From the NCBI GenBank assembly GCA_013239625.1, contig MU053934.1, forward strand, positions 10,251,352 through 10,315,351: a stretch of DNA of 64,000 bases. The letters are read 5' to 3'. The DNA comes from Lama guanicoe (Eukaryota). Each line of letters starts with the position of its first letter. Position 1 is the stretch's first letter. Below the pieces are notes generated by a model, which saw only the letters and a program-made list of their open reading frames with translations, was not told the DNA's origin and did not search any database. Shown here piece by piece: positions 23,229-35,600 of this stretch. Made by a program: the position numbers and the translations under genes.

Positions 23229-26200
23229 GTAAGTAAATGCCTTTTCAGAAGAACCCGAGCTTGACCTTCTGCAGGAGAGAGCGTATTACGTTTAGTTTTC
23301 AGGGTTATTTGCAGAAGGACTTTGAGCCGCACTCCTCGTGGTCACCACTGACCTGCTGTTTGAAATCCCCGATGGAGGGCACAGGTCACGTGGGGCCTGG
23401 GCTCTGCGGACCCCTGCCTTGTTAAACGTGCTGTCACAGGCCCCCCGGAGAAGCCTGCTGCGCTGGCAGGTGTGTGTCCTCGGCAGGGTGGCCTGGAGGC
23501 TCCCGGAAGCCTCAGGTTGGCCATGGGCCGTGGTTTACCAGGAAGGGGCTGGGCACGTGATCAGATGCCTGGCTGCCCAGCTTGGTCGACCCAGGGCCAA
23601 GTCCCAGCCCCGTCCCCATCCCCACGTGGGCCTTGTGCAGTGGCCCAGGGCCTGCATGGGTGCTGACCCCTGGGAGGGCTGGGCTGTCTGTGGTGCAGTG
23701 AAGAGACCCAGCGGTGGGGACCAGGGACCAGGCTCCACCCTGACAGGCTGGGGCTCACCTTCCGGCCGCTTCACCTCCTCAAGCCCCTCATCTTTCAGGA
23801 GAGGGAATGAGTAGGGAGGCCCTACGGTCCTGGGTCACAGTACAGGGCCCCGGGCAGCTCGCCTGGCCTGTGGTCCCTCGGCTCCTGGGCTGGACAGGCG
23901 CTCTGAGAACCCTCCCCCTGCCCCCAAGGGCCGTGGGAGGAGCCAGCCAACCCTGCCGCCCTGCCCCGTGGCTTTCCACCTTGGCCACCCAGAGGGACCC
24001 CTTCCTGGGCCAGCAGAGCGCAGCGCCCAGCCTGCCCCACCCGAGGTGGTAGACGGGGAAATGAGGTCATTCCTCCCTCAGGCTCCTGCCCTTGCGATCA
24101 GCACGGGGCCGGCTGTGCACTGCGGGGAGCAGTGGGGTCGTAGCCGGGTCCAGCCTCTTCCAGCCTCCTGTCCTGGTCTGTGAAGGGGGAGACGCACCTC
24201 CTGCCCTGCCCCGTCGGGCTCGTGTGCAGCCTGCTCGAGGCTGGGGGGCTAGGGCCCACCACCCACTCTGCCCACCCTCATCTCTGTGTGTCACAGGCCT
24301 GGAGTTGCTGATGGGGCCACACCTACCTGGGGTTCCCAGTGAGGTGGGATCAACGCAGACAAGAAACTGGGGCTCCCACTGTGCTGTCCTTTGGTCACGG
24401 GAGGCGCGGGAGAGCCCGTGGACGGGCCTGGCCATGCGTTTGCAGGGGGAAGGGCCCAGCTTCCCTGGTGACCGTGACCAGCGTTCACACCTGCGCCTGG
24501 CTGGCTCCCCGAGCACCTTCCGGGGACCGGGTGGTGCAGGCACCTGGGTCCCCGAGGTTCAGGCTCACCAGGCTGACAGTGTCTCAGGTGTGCCTGCCCC
24601 AGTCATGTTTGGGATTCTCTGGCTGGGAAGCCGTTTCCTGCAGGCCCCAGGCGGCTGTCACCACCCACCTGGCTGCTTTTTTCCAGCCAGGTTTTGTTGG
24701 GCCTTTGGTGGAAGGAGCTCCCTGTGTGTGGCCTCCTGTGCCCTGGCAATGTGCCTGGCATGTCGACCTCGTCCTGGCCGTCTGTGGGGTGAGAACTCGG
24801 GGCCCAGAGAGGGTGAGCGGCCGAGGCCCCTCTGCTCCCGGGGAGCACAGGTGGCTGAAGACCTCTCTGAAGGGCTGGGCTCGGGTCTTGACCTAGAGCT
24901 GCCACACGCTGTGAGGCAGAGTGTACCCCCCGCAAGTGGGGGGTGCAGGTGAGATGGGGGTGCTGGCGTCCTGGGCTCTTTGGCTGATTCACAGGTGCAC
25001 CTGATAAAATCCTGGAAATGCGTTCAGCTTTATCCCCTCAAAGTCTGAGCTGCTTCGTTTGCATCCCGGGACACCAGGGCTCTGACTGCAGCCCCTGGGT
25101 GGCCCCCTGGTCCTCAGTCCGCCTCCAGGGCCCGGTTTGCCCTCACCCTGCTGCGTGGGGGAGGGGCAGCGCCCAGGCAGGGCGGGTCCTGCCCTGCCGC
25201 CTCCTGGGGCTGTGACCCAGCACTGTGGGCGCAGAGACGCTTTGTGATGTGGGCAAGTTCTCTCTGCATAGAGATTGGCAGCGTGGTTCTTGATTTTGAT
25301 ACAAAGGGAGGTGCCAGTGTGCAGTGTTTGGATTTTCGAAGTAGAGAAGTTCATAAATTTATGGCGAGCAGAATGTGGAAATTCCAGGGAGATCGTGGCC
25401 CTCTCCGTGGAGCCATCCGGAGCTCAGAGGTCTGTAAACACCCCCAGTGACTTAACCCACTGCTGCAAGTTTGCTGACAAACGACCAGTCTCACGAGGAG
25501 AGACAGCTTCTCTTGCATGCGGGGAGGCTCTGAGCAAGGGCAGGACCGGTTGTGAGGCCCCGTCTGGAAACCCCACTTAATCCACAGAAGGGTGCTCAGT
25601 GTGTGCGTCGTGGACACCTCGCCCGGCGCCCGTGTCCGGGTGGAGCTCTGGGCTGCTTGGCCCGTGGCTGAGGAGCCCCTGGCGGTGCTGGCCTCTGCTG
25701 TCTCAGACCCTTCCCCTGTGTCCTTTGGATCGTAGGCAGCAGCTTAGCGGGGACCAGGTGGAAACAGGCAAGGGCAGTGCCCGCTGGGAGGCCTCGGTCT
25801 GCTGGGATGTCCCTGGTCCCCTGGTGTCCCCTCAGCCCCTCCGTCTGGGCCAGGCCCATGCTGTCTGTGGGAAACTCTCTGATGGGCTGGACAGGCTAGG
25901 GGTGACAGACGAAGGAAGGCCCGCTCCTGGCTCTGCCCGGGGCCTGGGGCCAGGGAACAGGAAGGATGGGTGTCATGAATCAGGTGCGGGGGCAGGTGGG
26001 GGAGAGAGAACCCAGGACGCGGAGTGGGAGCGGATCAGATACCGGCCTGCTCTGCAGGGGAGGGAAGTCAGTGAGGCTGGTGCTGGGAGTGTGCGGTCGG
26101 GGTCGGGGTGGCGATCGGGTGATGAGCCTGAGAAGGAACGAGAGAGCCAGGGAGGCCTTGGTGGGAGGCCAGAGGCTTCTCAACCCGGGCCTCCTCCCAG

Positions 26201-26399
26201 GGCAGGGCCAGATGTGGGGAGGGGGCTGGATGCAGTGGGGGAGCTGGACAGATTCAGGGCTGCAGGCTCGGCGGGCTCCCTGTTGGACTTCAAGGAGGAA
26301 GCGGCTGCACCGCAGTGAAGACGGTGGCTTGGAGGGGCCTCTGCTGTGAGGAACCGCCCGGCAGAGACTCCTGGGCTCACGGACACGAAGCCCCACGTC

Positions 26400-27330
26400 T
26401 CCATTCGCAGAAGTCTCCACCTGTGAGCTCTCCCCTCTGCCGATGAAACCTGAATTTAGGACTTTACAGGACAGAAGGGGGTCGAGTGGAGCGGTCGGAA
26501 AAGGGACTCAGCGGATTGGATCAGGATGGACACGGGGCTACTGTGGGTCCACTGGCCAGAGACACAGGGCGGCTGAAGAGCTCTGGGTGGAATTTGAATG
26601 GTACAGAGATGAATCTTTTTTGGTAAGTGTTTGTGAAACATTTACAAAATCATCTGATCGAGGGCATAGAAATTGCCAAAATCTGAAGAACTGGAATCAC
26701 ACGGGCTACATTTGCTGAGCACAGCCCTTTGAAACCAGACAGTAGTGAAGTTAAAGCAGAGGAACCGAGCGCTGGGAAATCAGAGGCCTTCTGTCGAGGG
26801 GAAAGCGGCCCTGGTGTTGCACGGCAGGCTCCCGGCCGCGTGGGGTGTGGCCGCGCTGGGCTTGCAAGCAAACCCACAGGCAGAGTGCTTTTTATTACTT
26901 AAAAACATAAATAAACTCAACTGAAGAAGCTGGCAATGGAAAAACAGAGTCACCTGGGGTGAAGACGGTGAAGGAGCTCACGCGTGAAGCAAGGGGCCGG
27001 ACTGGGAGAGCCAGTGGGCACGTAGCTCCTCCCGCCCTCCGCACGGGAGCCCCGAGAGCCCGCCTCCCTCCCGCAGCCGACTGAGACCAGGGCCCAAGGG
27101 TGTTGCCGGGGCAGGTGGCAGAGCGCCCTGTGCCCACCGAAATTCTAAGAGCCCGGAAGGAAAGGCCACTGGGAATCCCGCGGACTGTACAAGCAGTCTC
27201 AGCGGCTGGTCCGGGGACACAGCTTCATCACAACTTCAGCCAAGTTCTGCTCTTAAGGAAGTAGAATAAGAGATTACTCACCTTAACATGCTAGAGAATG
27301 TCTCAGATCGACAGCCAGGAACACCGGGGA
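26400..27330 (+). mobile_element. Ancient L1ME-like ORF2 remnant
   Basis: gtgaaacatttacaaaat, ctggaatcacacgggctacatttgctgagcacag, aaactcaactgaagaagctgg are endonuclease-adjacent L1 remnants. Confidence 0.5.
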
Positions 27331-28439
27331 CACCAGGGACAGCCCCATAAAACCCCCGGTCTCCTTTGTTTCTGCGCCTGATGAATCAGTGTCCAGGGAC
27401 GCCTTCCCCCACTTCCCCTGCGTGGTGCACGCACAGACACGCACCAGGGAGGTGGAAGACGGATTTTCTAAGTGTGCGGACTCTTCCAGGAGTAGCCAGC
27501 CCTGGAACGCTGTCGGCCCTGAGGCACCTGCTCGTTCCTGCTGGAGGGACCCAGCTCCCAGGCGTAGACAGCCCAGCCCAGGACACAGGGCAAAACCTGG
27601 AGTCCGAGCAGATGGAGGTGAGCCAGAAACCCTTTGCACAAGTCAGGACCCCGGAGCCCAAGCAAGTGCACCAGATGGACAGACAGAGCTGGGCGGGTGG
27701 GTTTTCCTGTCTGAGACTTGGCTCTGAACGGGACAGGAGTGAAAGTCTCCCTGGAGAATTCCCAGCCACGCGCTCACCTCCCACTCGTTTGGAACTCACA
27801 TTACTTTTGTGACTGACCCCCCCGCTGCAACGTGAATTTAAAATGGCCAGAGCGCCAGGGGCCTGACCTGAGAAAGTGCCAGCCCTCGCGAGAGTGACGC
27901 ATTCTAAGCTCGGCCTTGGGGCTGTGTCTGTAATCAGGAGAAAATGTCCGTGTGGAGAAGACAGTGGGTGGAGACCGTCAGGTGGCCCACAGGAGAGTCT
28001 GTGTGGCCACCCCGTAAAGCTAAGACGCCTCTCCCTCCTGAAGGATTGAAATTGAAACAGATGCTGCCCGTCCACTCAGCCGTGCTCTTAAAAACGTGCT
28101 TCCTTAAGATCGATGAAGTTGGCATGAAACAGGCCTGTGCCTTCACTCCTCCCCGGCGGGTGAGATGCAGCCTTTCTGGAGAGCCGTTAGTAATACATCA
28201 GGAGCCTCACCTTTGATCAGTAATTCCCCTTGTTCATAATTAGGGGAAAACAGATTGTCTGCAGTCTAGATATCCAGCCTTAGAGGAACCGTCCCCTGGG
28301 TCACGGGACACTGCTGGTTGGAGTGTAACCCCCCAAAGTCGCAGCTTCAAGTAACAGTTACTGACGTGGGAAAACGCTCTCAGTGTGTTTCTACGTGGGG
28401 AAAGGCGTGATCTGAAATCACATACGTCTAAACGCTTGT

Positions 28440-28725
28440 AAATACGCATGCACGCCTGCACGTGTATATGCATGTAAAACCCATGCTCACACACACGTAG
28501 AAAACACACAGTCTGCATATGTATGTGTGTATAAATGTTCACGTACATGTGTCCACATATGTAAGATGCACACATAAAACAATCTGCATGTGTGCATATA
28601 AAACACATGTCCACATGTGCATGTGGACATTACAAATCTACACACTACACACGGAGGAAACACACCCACATGTGTAAGTACATATACTTACACACATAAG
28701 TACACGCACATATTAACTATATACA
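28440..28725. repeat. Low-complexity (CA/TA/TG)-rich degenerate microsatellite
   Basis: Runs of acacac, atgtgt, catatac. Confidence 0.8.
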
Positions 28726-31700
28726 GAAAGGATCTTAATTTTACTTGTGTCAGGTGCTCAGATAAGAACTGCCAGAGGCAGAGCCCGGTGGTCGTCATTT
28801 AGCTGAGGTTAGGAGAATTATGGATGTTTCATTTTCTTGGCTGAGTGTTTATTTTCCACGTCCCCGCTGTGTGTGGTCATCTGCTTCTCTCTCAGGTTCA
28901 TTCCCCGTAAAGGGGTGGGACCCCGCGGGGAGGTGCCTGGTGACTGGCTCACAGGCCCTGGACGCTGCAGCAGGTGTCCTGGGATCCCCACAGACGCACG
29001 CCTGTCCCTCGGCTCACACACGTGTGCACTTGCAGACACACATGCACACACTCCACATGGTCCCCAGAGGCGAGAAGTGCGTCCTGCTCATCTGAGGATC
29101 CTCAGTGCCTACGGGTGCCCCCACCTGCCCACGACCGACCACTCAGGAGCTGCACCCACCTGGTGCCCAGGCTGTCCCCTCCCTCTGGTCCGGATGCCGT
29201 GATGGAGGGGCTCTTGCCCTGCCTGGTCCGGCCTGTAAGCCACTCTCAAAGTCTGCCGTTCATTCGCTGGCCCAAGCTTCCTTCTGCCGAGTATTGGTTC
29301 CTCAGCACAAGAGAGGGGCTGGGGGAGGTCATTTACAAAGACAGAAAGGGACAACACCTGCGGCCCGAGCTTTGCGGCGACCGGGCCGGGCGACCTGGCC
29401 CCTTAGCTGTGCTCCGGCCCGGACGCCGGGGCCCAGTGTTCTCGGCCTCTGGCCGCAGCCCCGGGGCTTCCATTTGCTTCACCGGAGCTCTCGAAGCAGG
29501 GGCTCCTCAGCTAGAGCCTTCGTCTGGCTGGCCTCCGGCCTTTGAGTATCCTTTGCAGCTTTGGGATATCACGTGGGGGGGGGCGGGGAGGGACAGCCCT
29601 TGCTCGCACCAAGGGGCCTTTGTCACCTCCAGTGAGTGTTCTCTGCATCCTTGAGGCCCAGGTATCGTGACTCTGAGGTCTCAGCCCTCCAGGAGGCCAG
29701 GACCTCCTTGAAGGTGGCGCGGGGCTGGGCGGGGAGAGCACCTCTGTCCTCCTTGGCGCCCCTGCCCTTACCTTTGCCCTGAAAGCAGAGAGCGGCAGAG
29801 TCTGTGGGACTTTCTGGAAGATTCCCCTGCCCTGTATCCAGTGGACTCCTGTGTGGGGCCACCCGATGGCGCCCTGTCTGTGAAGCCCAGCGCGGGGGCC
29901 TGTCTCTCACGGCCATTTCTCTGCCTGGCGCCCTCCCCGCACAGCGGCGGTCATCTCCTCTCCGGACGCGGGGAGACGGCCCCTCGCCGTGGTCACCGAA
30001 GCACGCTGGTCAGGACTGAGGCGGGCGTGTGCTGCCAAGTTGAAGGGCAGCGTCCTTGCTGGAGTTCACGAGTGAAGCGTGAGGGGCGGGGTGTGAGGAA
30101 GGACGGGAGGAGAGCTTGTCCGAGGGGCTCATTGTGGCTCCAAGGGGCTGGAAGTGCGCTGGCGTCACAGGAACGTTTTCCCGGTGGCTCCGTTAAAGCA
30201 GGAGGAATTTGGGCCACACCCAGGGAGGACCCTCCTCCCGCCCCCTTGGAGTAACTTGGGAAGACGTCTGCCAGCAGCTTTGCGGGCACTGGAAGGTGCA
30301 GCGTGCGCCCCCGCACTCAGCCCCCAGGCCACCGGAGGGTGGGCAGCGATGGCCGGGGCGACTCCTCGTCCCGGCAGGGGGTGTGAGTGACCGAGGCTTG
30401 TCCTGTACAAGTGTCAGGAGTGTCCTCAGAGTGGGACCCACTTATGACACCGAGAGCACGGAACGCGCACGGTGACTTTGTCAGGAGGAGAGGGAGGGAG
30501 CCCCTTCCCCATTCCTCGGCCCCTGAGGGTGGCACACACTGTCTTCTCGTCTCCGGGTCCAGGGGAGGTGTGGGCAGCAGGGGCTGCATGGGGGGAGCCC
30601 GCATGGTCCCATCCCTGCAGCCTGGTGGGAAGTCTGTGTGTCTGTCCACGGCTGCCATCCACTCAGTGGGCGCCCTGTGCCCCCGGTGGCGCTGACCCCA
30701 CTGTAGCGCAAGTGGTAGGTGAGGCGGGGGACGATCCGGGCCTGCTTCTCCCCCGCCTGCCCGGGCTGGGGCCTGGCAGCAGAGCTGCTTACTAGGAGGT
30801 GGTACCCAGGGCCGCCCGAGGCCACGGCGCCCACGGCGCCCACGGCAGGGGCACTGGCCCTGCCTAGGCTGGGGGTGCCCCAAGGAATCCGCCCACGGAC
30901 CCACGGGGAGGTGGGACGGTGAGGGGCGTTCCTGACCCTCTACCCTCGGTTTTCCCCATCGGAAAGGCGGAATGCAGCCTCCCACTCACTGTGCCCGCAG
31001 GGTTACCACAAGGGGTGAGTGAGGGCACAGACAGAGGAGGGGCTTGGAGCCGCCGCTGCTTCACACCCGCGCACACACCCGTGCACGCACCCTCAGAACC
31101 TCTTAGAAGTGAGCCAAGGAAAAGAATTGTTTCCACTGTTTTCTGATCTCTGAAAAACCAGCCCCCTCCCTCTGCGGGTGGGGAATTCTTACTGAAATAG
31201 TCATTAAGGAAACGACCCCTGGGCCACACACACAACCTGTTTGTGTCCCTCTGCTTGCGGCCCCTCGCGCATTCATTCCTGTGGTCACTGGCGTCCGGCT
31301 GCCACGCGTGGCCGGGCTGCTCCTTCGGGGTCACGGGGAGGGTGGCTTGTGAAAGTGGCCACATCTGCCTCAGGGTCCATTGAATAACTCCAGGTACCTT
31401 CTCAGCATCGCAGGAGGGGCTGGGGCGGCAGACAGGGTGGCCATCCACCTGCCAGGCCTGCTGGTGGGTGCCTGGCCTGTGTTCTTCGGGCAGGTGGCCC
31501 TCGCCGCCCCCTTGAGCCACACAGGCCTGGGCTCGCTGATTTGAGGGACCCTCCTTGCTGCCCGCCCACCCACCCCTCCACCCTCACCAGTTTCCCTAGT
31601 TCCTCCCTCTCCCCCCAGGGCAGCCCCCCGGGGTGGTGCTGGGCTTGGGAGACTCGGGGTGACTCAGCTGGCTGTCCCCGCCCCTGCAGCCCCTGCCCGC

Positions 31701-32353
31701 CCACGGTGGGCCGTTTGCCGCGGTCCTTTCCCTTTAAGAGGGGAACCTCTGGACGCTGTTTGGATAGAGACAGGAGCGCCTGAGGCTGCGGAAAATCAAT
31801 TGTGTCCCAGGACCATCCTCAGACGTGTCTGTGCTTTTATTAAGTCAGCCCTGTCTGTGGTGGGTTTCACGTTCTGGGGGTGCTGAGCCACTGGAACCCA
31901 AGCCCGTGGGCCACGGGGCTGTGCCCAGGCCAGGCCCCTGTCCCCCTATTGTGGTACCTCCTGGGAAGAGCGCCAGACAGAGTCCCAGAATTCGCCCCGC
32001 CGGCTAGACAGGGCCGCCCGCCGTGCAGGCTTTGCCTTCAGTACAGGGCGCCTCTGTGGAAGCCCAGGGAACTCCCGCTTGTGCAGCAGAGTTGGGGTCC
32101 TCGGGGGAAGTGACCTTGGTCCTGCAGGCCTGCTTTGTAGGCCGCTTCTCCATCTGTGTGCAGGATTACGGCACAGCCCTCCAGGCCGGGCCTCGCAGGG
32201 CTCCTGGGCCTCCGCCCAGAGCTGCCTTCCTGCTGCTGGAGGACGCTAGGGCAGCCTGAGCCCCCCTCCCGGGGGGGTGCGTTCGTGGTGCCCCCCATGC
32301 CGGTGCTCATGTCAGCTGGCGCAAATGACATTGCACTGACCCGCAGCAGCTTC

Positions 32354-32481
32354 AGAGGGGACAGCTCAGTGGTAGAGCGCATGCTTTGTGTGCACGAGGT
32401 CCTGGGTTCAATCCCCAGCACTTCTACTAAAAACAGAATTAAATAAACCTAATTACTTACCCCCCCCCAAATAAAACTAAA
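32354..32481 (+). mobile_element. tRNA-Ala-derived SINE (vic-1 type)
   Basis: agctcagtggtagagcgcatgct...gaggtcctgggttcaatccccagcac...aataaacctaattac...cccccaaataaaac. Confidence 0.9.
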
Positions 32482-32659
32482 CACCGCACTGTCAGCCCCA
32501 GGCACCCTTCCCGGGGTGGTGTCCTCTGCCTCAGCGCCTGTGTTCTCCCTCCCACCCCCGCTCCTCCCCCACCTTTCATAAAGGAGAAGTGCGCTCTCCT
32601 GGCGGAAGGTGACATTTCAGCTCCCGCACTGACTCCCTCTCCCCCTGGGTCTGGGTCGC

Positions 32660-32660
<1 letters not shown>

Positions 32661-32689
<29 letters not shown>
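32661..32689. repeat. C29 homopolymer
   Basis: Directly visible. Similar C-runs at about 9905-9921 and 19530-19555. Confidence 0.95.
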
Positions 32690-32690
<1 letters not shown>

Positions 32691-35600
32691 GACAGGCCTG
32701 CCCGCAGGTGAGGCGGAGGGCAGCTGCGACTGATGGATTTTGCCAGCGTCTCTCTCCCTGCTCATTTCTGCCCTGAATCAGTCTTGCCATTAAAGAAAAA
32801 ATTACACCCACCATTCAAACCATTAATTGAAAGGCTGTTATTATCGCATTAATGGTGTTTGATATCCAAGGCAGATAAACTAGGAGAAGCTCATCTGTTC
32901 CGTCTCTGAAGAAATGTAATTACATCTCGGGACTTATTAAATCGTCTCCCGCTCAGCTGTCACGCCTTCCATCTTGCAGTCTTGCGTGGACACCCCAACG
33001 AATCCAGCATGGAAATAGGATTACACGGGCCCGAGGGGGGCCCGACGCCCCGCATGTGTGCGCGTGGTCGGGGTGTTCAGGGAGGCGTGCGAGGCCGTCG
33101 TGCTGGCCGGTCCGCAGCCCGCTGCCTTCCCGGGCACTGATGGGCCCGCTGCTGCTTGGAAGCTTCCTGGCTGTGGGCAGGTCTGATTCGGGGCTTTCGG
33201 GTGCTGAGCCTGCGAGGGGTGGAGTTGACCCTAACAGGCCCACCAGCTGCTTGGCCGCTGAGACTGAGAGGGCGGGGCTGCTTCCTGTGACCCCGGGACG
33301 GAGAGGGAGCCAGGTGGGGACTGGCGGCCCCGGAGGGCGTGTCCCCAGGTGGGGCCTCCCACCCAGCCGGGCCCAGATGGATTAACCGCCAGCTCTGGGC
33401 GCCTCTGTGGAAAGAACTCCTTGTGCCTCGTGGTGGTTCTGTTTTCTCTCCTGTGTCCTCTCCACTCACTTAACCACATCTGGGATTTCCACGTGACTGC
33501 CACGCACCCCCAGGCCTCCAGGGCTCCGTGCTGGGGAGGCGGCACCGCACCGAGGGGCTCGGGCTCCGTCCATCCTCCAGGAAGTGGCCACCCAGCGCGT
33601 CATGTACCGGCAGCGTCCTGACCAGGCCCCTCCGGCTGATGAAGATGGGCCAGGAGACTGCTGAGGGGTGCCCAGGTCCCCCGTGGGGGTTGGCACAGCA
33701 GGGCCCAGGCAGGAAGAGGAAGGAGCAGGTGGCTTTGAGGGTCTCAGATCCCCACTTCCAGGCTAGAAAATGAGGCTCAGAGAAGCAAAGGGACCATAGG
33801 ATTTGGGTGCCACCTGGCATCCAGCTTCCTGAGGCTCCCAGCACCGGCCCCTCCTCCTCAGCACCCCCTGCAGCCTCGGCCCCGCCCTGGTCCTTCCTGG
33901 GGGGCTCCGTCAGAGGCGGGAGACCGCTGGGGGAGGAGGCTGTATGCCTCCTTGGACCCGGACCTGGGGGGGCACAAAGAGCCCAGGCGACCACCCCCGT
34001 GTGACCCTGCGTGGCCACTTCCCCCGCCCACCCCCGGAGTGGGACTTGAGAGGAACTCGGAGAGCATCAGGGGGCGGGCACCTGCAGAATCGCCACTCTG
34101 TCTGCACACCTGGGGCCCCCGGGAGTGGGGGCCGCCGCCATGCAGATGAAGTGCCGGCCGACACATGGCACGACCCCCCCAGTATCCCCCAGACCTGCCT
34201 TACCCAGCACAGGCCCAGGCAGGGTCCAGCACAGAGTTAACAAATGGGGCCACAGTGTCCTGGGCTCGCCAAGTCCCCACCCCTCCTGCCACGTGAAAAA
34301 TAAATTAAGCTAAGATGGAAGGGGCTGGAAGTGTTCGGCGAAATCTGCCTTCCGATCCCCTTTCAATCCTGAAAGCCCTTGATCTGTACGGACTGTTCAT
34401 TTTGTTACCCTAATGAGTTTGAGGATTTTCAGGGCAAACACGATAGGATTTCTCAGTTCAATTTTGGGGTGTTTGTTTTTTGAGATAAAGCACACAGAAG
34501 AAGTTGCACTGATCTTTTAATTCCTCATACAAAGAGAAAATATTTGCTCTTCTCCTATTTAGTGTGTCTGGTCCTCAGCTGGGCTGGCCGGGTGGAGGGT
34601 CCAGCTGCACGGAGTGCAGGAGTCTGTGGACGCCTGACCCTTCCTCGGTGCAGATGGGAACTGGTTGCCCCTTGTCGGGGAGCTGAGGACCCCACCCATC
34701 ATTCCTTCTCCACTGGGGCAGGCTCTCCTGGGGCTCTGTCTGCGGGAGCTGGGATGTCTCTGCCCCCAGCCCCGCTCTGTGCTGGAGGCAGGAACCCCTT
34801 CCTGCCGAGCACCTCCAGTCCCCAGAGAACCCCTGGCTGAGAGCAGGTGGCATCCGTCTCGAGGGCCCAGCACCCTCTCAGGGCTGCTGCAGGTGCAGGG
34901 GCGCACAGGCGCTCGTGGAGTGTCCTCATCAGGGTCACTGTCACCTGAAGGCTTCCACGTCCCCTGTAATTCTGAGGCTGGGGGATGCTGCGTGTGAACC
35001 CACCATCCTAGTCAAGGAGTCAGGACGGCGGGGTATCTTGGGCTCGCCCCCGGCCCCTCGCTCACGGAGGAGGCATTGTCCGGAGTTACAGCTGGGCAAA
35101 GTGGCCGTGGACACGCCTCACCCAGCCCGCTGCTCGCGGGTGCTTTGTGTGTTGCAGTGGAGAACACGTGCCCTCAGGAGTGCTCGGCCTTGCAGTGCAG
35201 CGGGTCCGGTGGCGGACAGGGGTTTATCTGCAGTCCAGCGTGATGTCCGCGTCTTTTCCTGGAGCAGCTGCAAGTGCCGTGTGTCTCAGCCCCCAGGCTC
35301 CTGCTTGGCGAGCAGCCGCTCGGGGGAGAGGCTCCAGGGAGCAGTCGGCACATCCTTGGGGAGCCTCCTCGGGGTCTGTGGACAGCCGCGTGCTTCCCAG
35401 CTGCCTGTTTGGCGGAAGCCCACGACACACACGGGGCCAGCTCCTGCGTCTGTGGCCGTTCCCGCAGGCGGCCAACCTGGATGTGGGCCCTTTGGCCTGC
35501 AAGGGCCCCGTGAGTCCCACACGGATCCTGTGCTGGGAGCTGACCTTGTGTGTCTCGCTGCCGTGCGTGCGCTGAGTCACCGCTGGGCTCGTGCGGTGAC

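Noticed and set aside
22863..23264. 133-aa ORF as a standalone gene
   Set aside because: Only 23133-23228 is exon, bounded by splice sites. The rest is in-frame intron.
32354..32426. tRNA-Ala-like sequence (also at 12269, 49816, and on the minus strand at 48640 and 10549)
   Set aside because: Each has a SINE tail (aaacctaattac, A-rich) and a degenerate acceptor or anticodon stem, and some have TSDs. These are SINE heads, not tRNA genes.
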